64,000 bases of DNA from a candidate division FCPU426 bacterium (GTDB lineage: Bacteria; Oederibacteriota; Muellerivitia; Muellerivitales; Muellerivitaceae): positions 64,001 through 128,000 of the forward strand of contig CAVRAL010000001.1 in the NCBI GenBank assembly GCA_963719085.1, read 5' to 3'. The notes under the pieces are model-generated. The model was not told the DNA's origin. It ran no database searches and was given only the letters and a program-made list of their open reading frames with translations. Position numbers and translations under genes: made by a program. Of the stretch, positions 53,933-63,278 are shown in pieces; the first letter of the stretch is position 1; each line of letters opens with the position of its first letter.

Positions 53933-54766
53933 ATGCCAATTAAAAATTACAAACCCACGTCGCCGGGTCGCCGGGCCATGACCGCGATCACCGGGGAAAA
54001 TTTGACCAAGAAGGCCCCGGAAAAGTCTTTGATGGAGCCCTTGAAGGGTTCGGGCGGACGCAATATGTACGGCCGCATCACCAGCCGTCACCGGGGCGCG
54101 GGGCATAAACGCCAATACCGCATCATCGATTTCACCCGTAACAAAAGGGCGATGCAGGGCACGGTCGTTTCCTTGGAATATGACCCCAACCGCTCTTGCC
54201 GGATCGCCCTTGTCCAATATTTGGACGGCGAAAAGAAATACATTTTGGCGCCTGAAGGGCTGCAAGTGGGCAATCAGGTTATTTCGGGCGAAGGGGCCGA
54301 CGTGAAACCGGGCCACGCGATGAAATTAAAAGACATTCCCTTTGGTTCCATGATTCATAACATTGAGCTTCGGCCGGGCAAGGGCGGTCAAATGGTTCGC
54401 TCCGCCGGCTCGGTGGCCCAGCTCATGGCGCGCGAAGGGGAGTACGCGACGATTAAGCTTCCTTCCGGCGAGATGCGCAAGGTTCACATTGAGTGCACCG
54501 CTTCCATCGGACAGGTCGGCAATTTGGATCACTTCAACGTGAGCATCGGTAAAGCCGGGCGCATGCGTTGGATGGGAGAACGTCCCCAGTCCCGCGGCGT
54601 GGTGACGCGGCCGGGCGACGGACATCCGATGGGTGGTGGTGAAGGCAAGAGCTCGGGCGGACGTCATCCGACGACGCCTTGGGGTAAGCCGACTAAGGGT
54701 TACAAGACCCGCCAGAACAAGCTGACGGATAAATACATCGTTAAACGCCGCAAAACCGGTAAATAG
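53933..54766 (+). CDS. rplB: 50S ribosomal protein uL2
   Basis: GRN..GRIT, YRIIDF, EYDPNRS, RSAG, KLPSGE and GGGEG. Confidence 0.99.
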   Translation: MPIKNYKPTSPGRRAMTAITGENLTKKAPEKSLMEPLKGSGGRNMYGRITSRHRGAGHKRQYRIIDFTRNKRAMQGTVVSLEYDPNRSCRIALVQYLDGEKKYILAPEGLQVGNQVISGEGADVKPGHAMKLKDIPFGSMIHNIELRPGKGGQMVRSAGSVAQLMAREGEYATIKLPSGEMRKVHIECTASIGQVGNLDHFNVSIGKAGRMRWMGERPQSRGVVTRPGDGHPMGGGEGKSSGGRHPTTPWGKPTKGYKTRQNKLTDKYIVKRRKTGK

Positions 54767-54780
54767 GAAAGGGATTTTAA

Positions 54781-55068
54781 ATGGGACGATCGCTAAAAAA
54801 AGGCCCCTATGTGGTTGAGAAGCTTTTGAAGCTGGTTCAAAAAATGAACCGGGCCAATGACAAAAAAGTCGTCAAGACCTATGCCAGACGCTCCTCGGTT
54901 CATCCCGAAATGGTGGGACATACTTTCGCCATCCATAACGGAAAAAAGTTTATCCCGGTTTTCATCACTGAAAACATGGTGGGCCACAAGCTGGGGGAAT
55001 TTTCCCCGACGCGTACTTTTAAAGCGCATGGCGCGGTGAAAACCGAAAAATCCATGCAGCTCAAGTAA
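54781..55068 (+). CDS. rpsS: 30S ribosomal protein uS19
   Basis: RSLKKGP, HNGKKF and [13 protein letters not shown]. Confidence 0.99.
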   Translation: MGRSLKKGPYVVEKLLKLVQKMNRANDKKVVKTYARRSSVHPEMVGHTFAIHNGKKFIPVFITENMVGHKLGEFSPTRTFKAHGAVKTEKSMQLK

Positions 55069-55082
55069 GGAAGGTTGATTTT

Positions 55083-55433
55083 ATGGAAGCACAGGCCATT
55101 TCTCGATTCACGCGATTGACTCCCCGGAAAGCCCGCCAAGTGGTGGAACTGATCCGCAAGAAGCCGGTCGCCGAAGCGCTTAACATTTTGGCTTTTACCA
55201 AGAAGAAGGCCGCGGGCGAAATCGCAAAGATTATCAAGGCGGCCGTGTCGAACGCCGGACAGAATTCCCGCGTGGACGTGGACAAGCTTCGGATCAAAAA
55301 CGTCCAAGTGGATGGCGGTCCCATGCTTCAAAACGCGAAACGCTTTATCCCGCGGGCCATGGGACGGGCCAGCGCTATTCACCGCCGGACCAGCCACATT
55401 AAAGTGGTTGTGACCGACGAATCTAAAGCATAA
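55083..55433 (+). CDS. rplV: 50S ribosomal protein uL22
   Basis: PRKARQV..LIR, PRAMGRA and RTSHI. Confidence 0.98.
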   Translation: MEAQAISRFTRLTPRKARQVVELIRKKPVAEALNILAFTKKKAAGEIAKIIKAAVSNAGQNSRVDVDKLRIKNVQVDGGPMLQNAKRFIPRAMGRASAIHRRTSHIKVVVTDESKA

Positions 55434-55451
55434 ATTTTTCGGAGGCTTCTT

Positions 55452-56186
55452 TTGGGACAGAAAATTAATCCAATTGGATTCAGATTAGGCATCATTCGGG
55501 ACTGGGACTCGCTGTGGTTCTCGGCGAAGAAAAAGATCTACACTGAAACCTTGTTGGAAGACATTCAGCTTCGCAAGTTCGTGAAAATGCACTTGAAACA
55601 CGCCGGCGTGGCCCGCGTGGTTTTGAAGCGCAAAGGCGAGACGGTGGAAGTGGATATTTTCGCCTCCCGGCCCGGCATCGTGATCGGCAAAAAAGGCTCC
55701 GAAGTCGACAAACTCAAGGCGGAGCTCCAAAAGTTCACTAAGAAAGAAATTCGCATCAACATCAACGAGGAGAAGCACCCTGAAACAAACGCCCAATTGA
55801 TCGCCGAAAGCGTGGCGAGCCAGTTGGAAAAACGCATCGCTTTCCGCCGGGCCATGAAAAAGTCGATTCAAAGCGCTTTGGATGGCGGAGCGAAGGGAAT
55901 CAAGATCATGTGTTCCGGCCGTTTGGCCGGTTCTGAAATCGCACGGTCCGAATGGTATCGCGAAGGCCGGGTGCCGCTCCATACCTTGCGGGCCGATATT
56001 GATTACGGCTTGGCCGTTTCCAACACGACCTATGGAACCATCGGCGTGAAGTGCTGGGTCTTTAAGCGCGAGATTTTTGAAGCCAAAGAAAAGCCTGAAG
56101 AAGTGAACGCCGCTAAAACAAAGCCTTCGAATCGCGAGCGTAACGAGCGTAAATCGACCGAATCCGGCGCGCCGGCCTCGGCTTAG
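55452..56186 (+). CDS. rpsC: 30S ribosomal protein uS3
   Basis: GQKINPIGFRLG, RPGIVIGKKG and GRVPLHTLRADIDY. TTG start. Confidence 0.99.
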   Translation: MGQKINPIGFRLGIIRDWDSLWFSAKKKIYTETLLEDIQLRKFVKMHLKHAGVARVVLKRKGETVEVDIFASRPGIVIGKKGSEVDKLKAELQKFTKKEIRININEEKHPETNAQLIAESVASQLEKRIAFRRAMKKSIQSALDGGAKGIKIMCSGRLAGSEIARSEWYREGRVPLHTLRADIDYGLAVSNTTYGTIGVKCWVFKREIFEAKEKPEEVNAAKTKPSNRERNERKSTESGAPASA

Positions 56187-56211
56187 CCTCGTAACCATAA
56201 AGGACTAGACC

Positions 56212-56637
56212 ATGTTAATGCCGAAACGAGTGAAATACCGAAAGATGCAAAAAGGCCGGATGCGCGGAAAATCCAAAAATGGGTTTACCTTCGCTTTCGG
56301 GGAATTCGCCTTGAAGTCGGAAGACGCGGCTTATGTCACCGACCGTCAAATTGAGGCGGCCCGTGTGGCGATTAACCGTCATATGAAGCGCGTGGGAAAA
56401 CTTTGGGTGCGTATTTTCCCGGATCGTCCGGTCACCAAAAAGCCGGCGGAAGTTCGTATGGGTGGCGGTAAGGGCGCCCTGGATCATTGGGCCGCCGTTG
56501 TGAAGCCGGGTCGTATCTTGTTTGAAGTTTCCGGAGCGCCGGAAAATGTTGTGCGGGAAGCGTTTCAATTAGCCTCGCATAAGCTCCCGGTGAAGACCAA
56601 GTGTTTATCCCGAGCCGATGTGGGAGGTATGTCATGA
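56212..56637 (+). CDS. rplP: 50S ribosomal protein uL16
   Basis: [17 protein letters not shown] and EVRMGGGKG. Confidence 0.99.
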   Translation: MLMPKRVKYRKMQKGRMRGKSKNGFTFAFGEFALKSEDAAYVTDRQIEAARVAINRHMKRVGKLWVRIFPDRPVTKKPAEVRMGGGKGALDHWAAVVKPGRILFEVSGAPENVVREAFQLASHKLPVKTKCLSRADVGGMS

Positions 56638-56834
56638 AATCCAAGGAAGTTCGCGAGTTTAATATTGATCAATTGAAACAACAGCTTATTTCGAAAGAAG
56701 AAGAGTTGTTCAATTTGAAGATCCAGCTTTCGACGAAACAACTGGAAAACCCGATGAAGATCCGGGAAGCCCGCCGCCATGTGGCGCGGTTGAAGACGAT
56801 TCTTCGTGAAAAAGAAAAAGGTACAAAAGCATAG
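56634..56834 (+). CDS. rpmC: 50S ribosomal protein uL29
   Basis: EELFNLKIQ...LENP..IR..RR.VARLKT. ATGA overlap with rplP. Confidence 0.97.
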   Translation: MKSKEVREFNIDQLKQQLISKEEELFNLKIQLSTKQLENPMKIREARRHVARLKTILREKEKGTKA

Positions 56835-56975
56835 CATGGCGCTAAAAAATTTTTTTCATCGCCATGCTGACAGGCAGGGGTTTAAACGAGCCGCCGAAAA
56901 CTTGGTTTCTTTTGATTGCGGCTCGTTCGTAAATAGGAAAAAGTCGTCAAAAACCGACTTTTTCACCATCTGTTA
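56834..56975. mobile_element. Short triple-hairpin insertion (MITE/REP-like) between rpmC and rpsQ
   Basis: Three 9-10 bp perfect stems, flanked by TA on both sides. Removing it restores ...GCA-TAA-GGAG-cgtttg-ATG. The mobile origin is inference. Confidence 0.45.
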
Positions 56976-56986
56976 AGGAGCGTTTG

Positions 56987-57280
56987 ATGTCAGCTGAAAC
57001 AAATACGAATCGAAAAGAACCCCGGACCAAAACCGCGGTTGTGGTTAGCCGCAAAATGGATAAGACGGCGGTGGTGTCCATCGAACGTTTGGTCAAGCAC
57101 CCGCTTTACCAAAAACTGGTGCGCAAGCGCAGCAAGTTTAAGATCCACGACCCTAAGAATGAGACCCAGGCGGGGGATGTGGTTTTGATCGCGGAGACCC
57201 GGCCCATCAGCGCGGATAAGCATTGGAAGCTGGTGAAGATCTTGCGTAAAGCCGTTCAGGTTGAGGAGGCTAAATTATGA
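56987..57280 (+). CDS. rpsQ: 30S ribosomal protein uS17
   Basis: [32 protein letters not shown]. Confidence 0.98.
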   Translation: MSAETNTNRKEPRTKTAVVVSRKMDKTAVVSIERLVKHPLYQKLVRKRSKFKIHDPKNETQAGDVVLIAETRPISADKHWKLVKILRKAVQVEEAKL

Positions 57281-57645
57281 TCATGCCTCAAACCATGCTC
57301 AATGTGGCCGATAACAGCGGGGCCACGAGAATTATGTGTATCCATGTGCTGGGCGGAACCCGGCGCCGTTACGCCGCTATCGGTGACGTGATTGTGGCGG
57401 CCGTGAAGGAAGCGATCCCGGGAGCGGGTGTGAAAAAGAGTGAAGTCGTGAAGGCGGTGGTGGTTCGTCAACGCCGCGTTTTGGTCCGCCCGGACGGGTC
57501 CAGCATCCGTTTTGACGAAAACGCCGCGGTCATCATTAATGAGCAGATGGCTCCTCGCGGAACGCGCATCTTTGGACCGGTGACCCGTGAATTGCGTGAT
57601 AAGAATTTTATGAAAATCATTTCGCTGGCGCCGGAGGTTTTGTAG
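57277..57645 (+). CDS. rplN: 50S ribosomal protein uL14
   Basis: [22 protein letters not shown] and [10 protein letters not shown]. Confidence 0.99.
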   Translation: MIMPQTMLNVADNSGATRIMCIHVLGGTRRRYAAIGDVIVAAVKEAIPGAGVKKSEVVKAVVVRQRRVLVRPDGSSIRFDENAAVIINEQMAPRGTRIFGPVTRELRDKNFMKIISLAPEVL

Positions 57646-57647
57646 AC

Positions 57648-57968
57648 ATGAAAGTTCATCGCGAAGACACAGTGATGGTTTTGACGGGCAAAGACAAAGG
57701 CAAAAAGGGGCGCGTGATCCGCGTTTTCCCGCAGCAAGAAAAAGTCTTGGTCGAGAAGGTCAATATGGCCAAACGCCATACCCGGCCGACCCAGCAGTTG
57801 CCGCAGGGGGGCATTATCGAGAAGGAAATGCCGCTTCATGTTTCCAATGTTCAGTTGATTTGCCCGAAGTGTGGAAAGTCGACCCGGGTGGCCCATAAGA
57901 TTCTGGCCAGCGGCCAAAAAAATCGCGCTTGTAAAAAGTGCGGCGAAATTATGGATAAGGAAAAATAA
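57648..57968 (+). CDS. rplX: 50S ribosomal protein uL24
   Basis: [22 protein letters not shown] and CPKC...CKKC. Confidence 0.99.
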   Translation: MKVHREDTVMVLTGKDKGKKGRVIRVFPQQEKVLVEKVNMAKRHTRPTQQLPQGGIIEKEMPLHVSNVQLICPKCGKSTRVAHKILASGQKNRACKKCGEIMDKEK

Positions 57969-57969
57969 G

Positions 57970-58524
57970 ATGCCGACGAAGACGATTCTTAAAGAAAAGT
58001 ATGTCAGCGAAATTGTTCCGGCTTTGATGAAAAAGTTCGAAATCAAGAACGCCATGCGCGTTCCTAAAGTCGAAAAAGTGGTTTTGAACGTTTGCGTGGG
58101 AAAAGCCGCCTCGGAAAACAACATTAAGCTTTTGGATATGGCCGCCGCGGAACTGGGCATGATCACGGGTCAAAAGCCGGCGATCACCCGCTCGAAGAAG
58201 GCGATCTCTAACTTCAAGCTTCGGGCCGACCAGCCTTTGGGCTGTAAGGTGACGCTTCGCGGGGACCGGATGTACCAGTTTCTGGAGCGCTTTTTTATGG
58301 TGGCGCTTCCCCGGATTCGGGACTTTCGTGGCGTCCCGACCCGTTCCTTTGATGGTCGCGGCAATTACACTCTGGGATTAAAAGAACAGATCATTTTCCC
58401 GGAAATTAATTTTGAGGACGTCCAATCCATTCATGGCATGGATATCACTTTCACGACGACGGCGAAGACGGACGAGGAAGCCAAGGAGCTTTTGAAGTTG
58501 TTGGGAATGCCTTTTAGAAACTAG
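57970..58524 (+). CDS. rplE: 50S ribosomal protein uL5
   Basis: [28 protein letters not shown] and EQIIFPEI. Confidence 0.99.
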   Translation: MPTKTILKEKYVSEIVPALMKKFEIKNAMRVPKVEKVVLNVCVGKAASENNIKLLDMAAAELGMITGQKPAITRSKKAISNFKLRADQPLGCKVTLRGDRMYQFLERFFMVALPRIRDFRGVPTRSFDGRGNYTLGLKEQIIFPEINFEDVQSIHGMDITFTTTAKTDEEAKELLKLLGMPFRN

Positions 58525-58532
58525 GAGATTTC

Positions 58533-58718
58533 ATGGCGAAAAAAAGTTTGGTGAATAAGCAAAAAAAGACCCCGAAGTTTAAGGTTCGGGCCTATAGCCG
58601 CTGCCGGCTGTGCGGCCGTCCGAGGGCTTTTTTGAGGCGGTTTGGTATGTGCCGTATTTGTTTTAGAAACCTGGCGGGCGAGGGGAAAATCCCCGGCGTC
58701 GTCAAGGCCAGCTGGTAA
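58533..58718 (+). CDS. rpsZ: 30S ribosomal protein uS14 type Z
   Basis: 61 aa, with CRLCGR, CRICFR and IPGV.KASW. Confidence 0.98.
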   Translation: MAKKSLVNKQKKTPKFKVRAYSRCRLCGRPRAFLRRFGMCRICFRNLAGEGKIPGVVKASW

Positions 58719-58731
58719 AGGGAGAATTTTT

Positions 58732-59133
58732 ATGTCTATGACCGATCCCATCGCGGATATGTTGACGCGGATTCGCAACGCGAATCACGTCTATAAGGAA
58801 AAAGTGGACGTTCCTTTTTCCAAGTTGAAATTGGAAATCGCCCGGATCCTTTCGGAAGAAGGATTCATTAAGAACTACAAAGTGGTTGAGGATAAAACCA
58901 AGCCTTCCGCCATCCGCATTTCGATGAAATACGGGGAAAAGCGGGAGCGGGTGATCACCCATATCGGCCGCGTGAGTCGTTCGGGCCGCCGGGTTTATCG
59001 GGGCAAAGCCAGCATTCCCCGGGTCATTGGGGGATTGGGCGTGGCGATCTTGTCGACGTCCAAGGGCGTCTTGACCGATCAGCAGGCCCGTCAGCAAGGT
59101 GTGGGCGGCGAGGTTCTTTGTTTAATTCATTGA
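58732..59133 (+). CDS. rpsH: 30S ribosomal protein uS8
   Basis: [24 protein letters not shown] and GGEVLC. Confidence 0.99.
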   Translation: MSMTDPIADMLTRIRNANHVYKEKVDVPFSKLKLEIARILSEEGFIKNYKVVEDKTKPSAIRISMKYGEKRERVITHIGRVSRSGRRVYRGKASIPRVIGGLGVAILSTSKGVLTDQQARQQGVGGEVLCLIH

Positions 59134-59165
59134 TTTTGTTTATTAATTAAGTTGAGGGAGAAGTT

Positions 59166-59723
59166 ATGGCGCGCATTGCCAAAAAACCAATCGAACTACC
59201 GACCGGCGTTAAGGTGAAAACCGAAGGCCAAAAGGTCATGGTGGAAGGCCCTAAAGGCACTCTGAACCATGAAATGGTGGCTGGGATCAAGCTGGAAACC
59301 CAAGGGCAGCAGCTTTTGGTGTCGATCACCGGAAATGAGAAAAGCCTGAATTCGTTTCACGGATTGACCCGGGCTTTGATTAAAAATATGGTCCTCGGCG
59401 TGACTTCGGGTTTCGAGCGCAAACTGGAAATCCAAGGCGTCGGCTACCGCGCCACCATGGATAAAGGAAAGCTCAGCATGTCCCTGGGCTTCAGCCATCC
59501 GGTCGTGATGGAATTACCCAAGGGTGTCTCGGTGGATATCGAGAAACAAACCCTCTTAACCGTGAAGGGCGTCGATAAATATTTGGTCGGTGAGACCGCG
59601 GCCAAAATTCGCCGCGTGAAACCCCCTGAAGTTTACAAAGGAACGGGCATTCGCTATTTGGGCGAACAGGTCCGCAAGAAAGTCGGTAAAACCGGCGCCA
59701 CCGGCAAAGCCGGCGGGAAATAA
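59166..59723 (+). CDS. rplF: 50S ribosomal protein uL6
   Basis: GPKGTL, HGLTRAL, GVGYRA, LGFSHP and PPEVYKG.GIRY. Confidence 0.99.
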   Translation: MARIAKKPIELPTGVKVKTEGQKVMVEGPKGTLNHEMVAGIKLETQGQQLLVSITGNEKSLNSFHGLTRALIKNMVLGVTSGFERKLEIQGVGYRATMDKGKLSMSLGFSHPVVMELPKGVSVDIEKQTLLTVKGVDKYLVGETAAKIRRVKPPEVYKGTGIRYLGEQVRKKVGKTGATGKAGGK

Positions 59724-59732
59724 GGAGCCAAC

Positions 59733-60107
59733 ATGTCCATTCTCATCTCGCAGGTCCGTCGTAAAAAAAGAATCAAGCGCCACGCCCGCATCCGAAAAAC
59801 GGTCAAGGGATCGGCGATCCGTCCGCGTTTGGTGGTCAACCGTGGAGCCAAGAATATCGCGGTTCAATTGATTGATGACGTGAAGGGCGCGACCTTGGCG
59901 GCGGCCTCCAGCTTTGACCAGACGCTACGCGGCAAGGTCAAGTACGGCGGTAATTTGGACGCGGCGAAGGCCGTTGGCGAGCAGATCGCCAAATTGGCCA
60001 AGGAAAAGGGAATCGAAAAAGCGGTATTTGATCGGGGCGGTTATTCGTTCCATGGAAGAATCAAGGCTTTGGCGGATGCGGCTCGCCAAGGCGGGCTTCA
60101 GTTTTAA
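59733..60107 (+). CDS. rplR: 50S ribosomal protein uL18
   Basis: RPRLVV, QLIDD and [22 protein letters not shown]. Confidence 0.99.
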   Translation: MSILISQVRRKKRIKRHARIRKTVKGSAIRPRLVVNRGAKNIAVQLIDDVKGATLAAASSFDQTLRGKVKYGGNLDAAKAVGEQIAKLAKEKGIEKAVFDRGGYSFHGRIKALADAARQGGLQF

Positions 60108-60149
60108 AAGCCGGATAAGCACCAGCACCAAAAGGGAAAAAGGATTTTT

Positions 60150-60662
60150 ATGGCCATGATTGACTCGAGCAAGTTTGATCTGAAAGAAAAAGTGGTAAAC
60201 ATCAACCGCGTCGCCAAAGTGGTGAAGGGCGGACGCCGGTTCAGCTTTTCCGTTTTGGTGGTGGTCGGGGACGGACATGGGCATGTGGGCGCCGGCACGG
60301 GTAAAGCCAGCGAGGTTCCGGACGCGATCCGCAAGGCCGTTGAGGACGCTAAGAAAAACCTGATCGAGGTTCCTTTGAAGTCGACCACGCTGTTTCATGA
60401 AATCGTGGGCGTGTTTAAAGCTTCCCGCGTGATGCTTCGCCCAGCCGCGCCGGGAACGGGAATCATCGCGGGCGGAGGCGTGCGGGCGGTTTGTGAGCTG
60501 GCCGGCATCCATGACGTTTTGACCAAATCCATCCGTTCGGACAATGTGTTCAACGTGGTGCAGGCGACCTTGACGGGCCTCAGGGCTATTCGTTCGCCGG
60601 AAACCATCTCCAAGCTTCGGGGCAAATTAGTGGAAAGCTACGTGGGAGCGTCCAAATCATGA
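60150..60662 (+). CDS. rpsE: 30S ribosomal protein uS5
   Basis: [16 protein letters not shown] and [12 protein letters not shown]. Confidence 0.99.
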   Translation: MAMIDSSKFDLKEKVVNINRVAKVVKGGRRFSFSVLVVVGDGHGHVGAGTGKASEVPDAIRKAVEDAKKNLIEVPLKSTTLFHEIVGVFKASRVMLRPAAPGTGIIAGGGVRAVCELAGIHDVLTKSIRSDNVFNVVQATLTGLRAIRSPETISKLRGKLVESYVGASKS

Positions 60663-60835
60663 GCGAAATTAAAATTCAACTGATCAAGAGCTTGAACGGG
60701 CGTTTGCCCCGTCATCGCCGGATCGCGGAAGCCTTGGGGCTCAATAAGATCCGCCAGACCGTGGTGAAGCCGGATACCCCGGTGATCCGCGGCATGGTTG
60801 AGAAAATCGGCTATTTAGTCGAAGTTAAAAAATAA
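60659..60835 (+). CDS. rpmD: 50S ribosomal protein uL30 (58 aa; absent from the supplied ORF track)
   Basis: Manual translation gives [58 protein letters not shown], between rpsE and rplO. Confidence 0.97.
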   Translation: MSEIKIQLIKSLNGRLPRHRRIAEALGLNKIRQTVVKPDTPVIRGMVEKIGYLVEVKK

Positions 60836-60849
60836 AGACATCGAGGACT

Positions 60850-61293
60850 ATGGTTATGAAGATGAATGAATTAAAACCAGCCCATGGCGCCGTTCGCCGC
60901 CGCAAAATCGTCGGAAAAGGCCCGGGCTCGGGACATGGAAAAACCTCTACCCGCGGTCATAAGGGTCAAAATTCCCGCACCGGTGGCGGCGTTCGTTTGG
61001 GTTTTGAAGGCGGTCAAACACCGCTTTACCGCCGGATTCCGATTCGGGGTTTTAAAAGCCGCAACCTGGAAGTTCCCTCGGTCGTCAATTTGGATAAATT
61101 GTCCTTGTTTGACAACGGAACCGTGGTCACCCCGGTGGAGCTCAAAGCCAAGGGGTTGGTCCGCAATATTCATCAAGTCAAAATCTTGGGAAAAGGCGAA
61201 ATCAAGACCAAATTGACCGTCAAAGCCCACGCGTTCAGCGCCTCGGCCATTGAGAAAATCAAGGCCGCCGGTGGAATGACGGAGGTTTTGTAA
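60850..61293 (+). CDS. rplO: 50S ribosomal protein uL15
   Basis: [25 protein letters not shown] and KILGKG. The start may be 60856. Confidence 0.99.
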   Translation: MVMKMNELKPAHGAVRRRKIVGKGPGSGHGKTSTRGHKGQNSRTGGGVRLGFEGGQTPLYRRIPIRGFKSRNLEVPSVVNLDKLSLFDNGTVVTPVELKAKGLVRNIHQVKILGKGEIKTKLTVKAHAFSASAIEKIKAAGGMTEVL

Positions 61294-62622
61294 GTGCTTT
61301 CGGCCTTCACCAACATCTTTCGAATCCCGGAACTTAAAAGCCGGGTTCTTTTCACCTTTATGATGCTTTTGGTTTACCGCGTGGGTTGTCATATCCCCAC
61401 TCCGGGAGTCAACGCGGCGGCCCTGCAGAATTTCTTTTCTAATCAAAACGGCGGCATTTTGGGCTTCCTGAATCTTTTCTCTGGCGGCGCTTTGCGGCAG
61501 TTCTCGATTTTCGCGCTGGGGGTCATGCCTTACATCAGCATGTCCATCATTTTGCAGCTGTTGACGGCGGTCATCCCGACGCTGGAGAAATTATCCAAAG
61601 AAGGCGACGCGGGACGCCGCAAGATTACCCAATACACTCGGTATGGAACGGTTCTTCTTTGTATTGTTCAAGGAACCGGTTCGACCTATCTTTTGAAATC
61701 ATTTAATGAAAACATTGTTTACCATTGGGGGTTGTCTTTCCAAATCATCACCGTCCTCACCTTGACCGCGGGAACCATCTTTATCATGTGGCTCGGGGAA
61801 CAGATCACCGAGTACGGAATCGGAAACGGGATTTCTATCATCATCTTCGCCGGTATTGTGGCCAGCTTGCCGGGACAAATATTCAACACCTTTCGGCTTC
61901 TGCGTTTGGGCGAGGTGAATCTTTTTGGCGTGGTTTTCTTCGCGCTTTTCACGGTGGCCATGATCGCCTTCATTGTCATTCTGCAGCAGGGCGCCCGGAA
62001 GATCCCGGTCCAATACGCGACCCGAGTGGTCGGGAAGCAAGTGTTTAAAGGCCAGTCCACCCAACTGCCCTTGAAGGTCGATTATTCCGGCGTGATCGCG
62101 GTGATTTTCTCCTCCTCGATCTTGGTTTTTCCGACTACGCTGGCCCGCTATCTGCAATCGGTGGCCCCCGAAGACGGATGGTTGTATGGGGTGATGGATT
62201 TCGTGACCCGGAACTTTTCACCCGGAGCCTTTATCTATTATGTTTTGTACTCCGCCTTGATCGTTTTCTTTTGCTACTTTTACACAGCGATCGCCTTTAA
62301 CCCGACCGACTTGTCGGAAAACATGAAAAAGTACGGTGGGTTCATTCCCGGCATTCGGCCCGGGCAGCCGACGGCCGAGTTTATTGATCGCACCTTGACT
62401 CGGATCACCATTTGGGGTGCTTTGGCGGTTTGTTGCGTGGCCGTTTTCCCGGATGTGCTGACCCGTCAATTGAAGATTCCTATTTATTTCGGCGGAACCT
62501 CTTTGTTGATCGTGGTGGGCGTGGGATTGGACACGATGAAGCAAATTGAGTCCCATCTATTGATGCGCCACTATGACGGATTTATGAAAAAGGGCCGGTT
62601 GAAAGGGCGGAGCGCGTTTTAA
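61294..62622 (+). CDS. secY: Protein translocase subunit SecY
   Basis: SIFALGVMPYI, MWLGEQIT..GIGNGIS, FIPGIRPG and FGGTSLLIVVGV. Confidence 0.99.
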   Translation: MLSAFTNIFRIPELKSRVLFTFMMLLVYRVGCHIPTPGVNAAALQNFFSNQNGGILGFLNLFSGGALRQFSIFALGVMPYISMSIILQLLTAVIPTLEKLSKEGDAGRRKITQYTRYGTVLLCIVQGTGSTYLLKSFNENIVYHWGLSFQIITVLTLTAGTIFIMWLGEQITEYGIGNGISIIIFAGIVASLPGQIFNTFRLLRLGEVNLFGVVFFALFTVAMIAFIVILQQGARKIPVQYATRVVGKQVFKGQSTQLPLKVDYSGVIAVIFSSSILVFPTTLARYLQSVAPEDGWLYGVMDFVTRNFSPGAFIYYVLYSALIVFFCYFYTAIAFNPTDLSENMKKYGGFIPGIRPGQPTAEFIDRTLTRITIWGALAVCCVAVFPDVLTRQLKIPIYFGGTSLLIVVGVGLDTMKQIESHLLMRHYDGFMKKGRLKGRSAF

Positions 62623-63278
62623 TGAGAACCATACTTTTAGGAGAACCGGGAGCGGGCAAGGGAACTTATTCGCTTGAATTGGTCAAACGCTATGGAATCC
62701 CCCAGATATCCACGGGCGATATGCTTCGCGCCGCTGTTCGGGCTGGAACCGCTTTGGGGTTAAAAGCCCAAGAATTCATGAAAAAGGGCGAATTGGTGCC
62801 GGATTCGGTCGTGATCGGCCTTATTCGGGAGCGCATTGCCCAGCCGGATGCCGCCAAAGGCTTTATTTTGGACGGTTTTCCCCGCACGGTGCCCCAGGCC
62901 GTGAGCTTGGATGAAACCTTATCCGAATTGGGCATAAGCCTGTCTTCGGTGTTTAAAATTGAAGTCAGCCGGGAGACCTTGATCAAACGCCTGACCGGCC
63001 GGCGGGTTTGTAAGACTTGCGGAACTACCTATAACATTGATACCATGCGACCCCTTAAAGAGGGGATTTGTGACAAGGATGGCGGCGAGCTGATCCAGCG
63101 TCCGGATGACATGCCGGCGACCATTGAAAACCGCTTGTCGGTTTACCATAAGGACACAGCGCCCCTCATCGAGTATTACGAGAAAAAGGGTTTGCTCCGC
63201 CGGGCGTCTTGTGAGGGTGAGTATGAGGATGTGATCGCTCGTATTTTCGCGGCTCTGGAAAAGGGTGCGGCCGTTTAG
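62622..63278 (+). CDS. adk: Adenylate kinase (Zn-lid type)
   Basis: GEPGAGKGT, STGDMLR, LDGFPRT, and lid CKTC...CDKD. Confidence 0.99.
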   Translation: MRTILLGEPGAGKGTYSLELVKRYGIPQISTGDMLRAAVRAGTALGLKAQEFMKKGELVPDSVVIGLIRERIAQPDAAKGFILDGFPRTVPQAVSLDETLSELGISLSSVFKIEVSRETLIKRLTGRRVCKTCGTTYNIDTMRPLKEGICDKDGGELIQRPDDMPATIENRLSVYHKDTAPLIEYYEKKGLLRRASCEGEYEDVIARIFAALEKGAAV

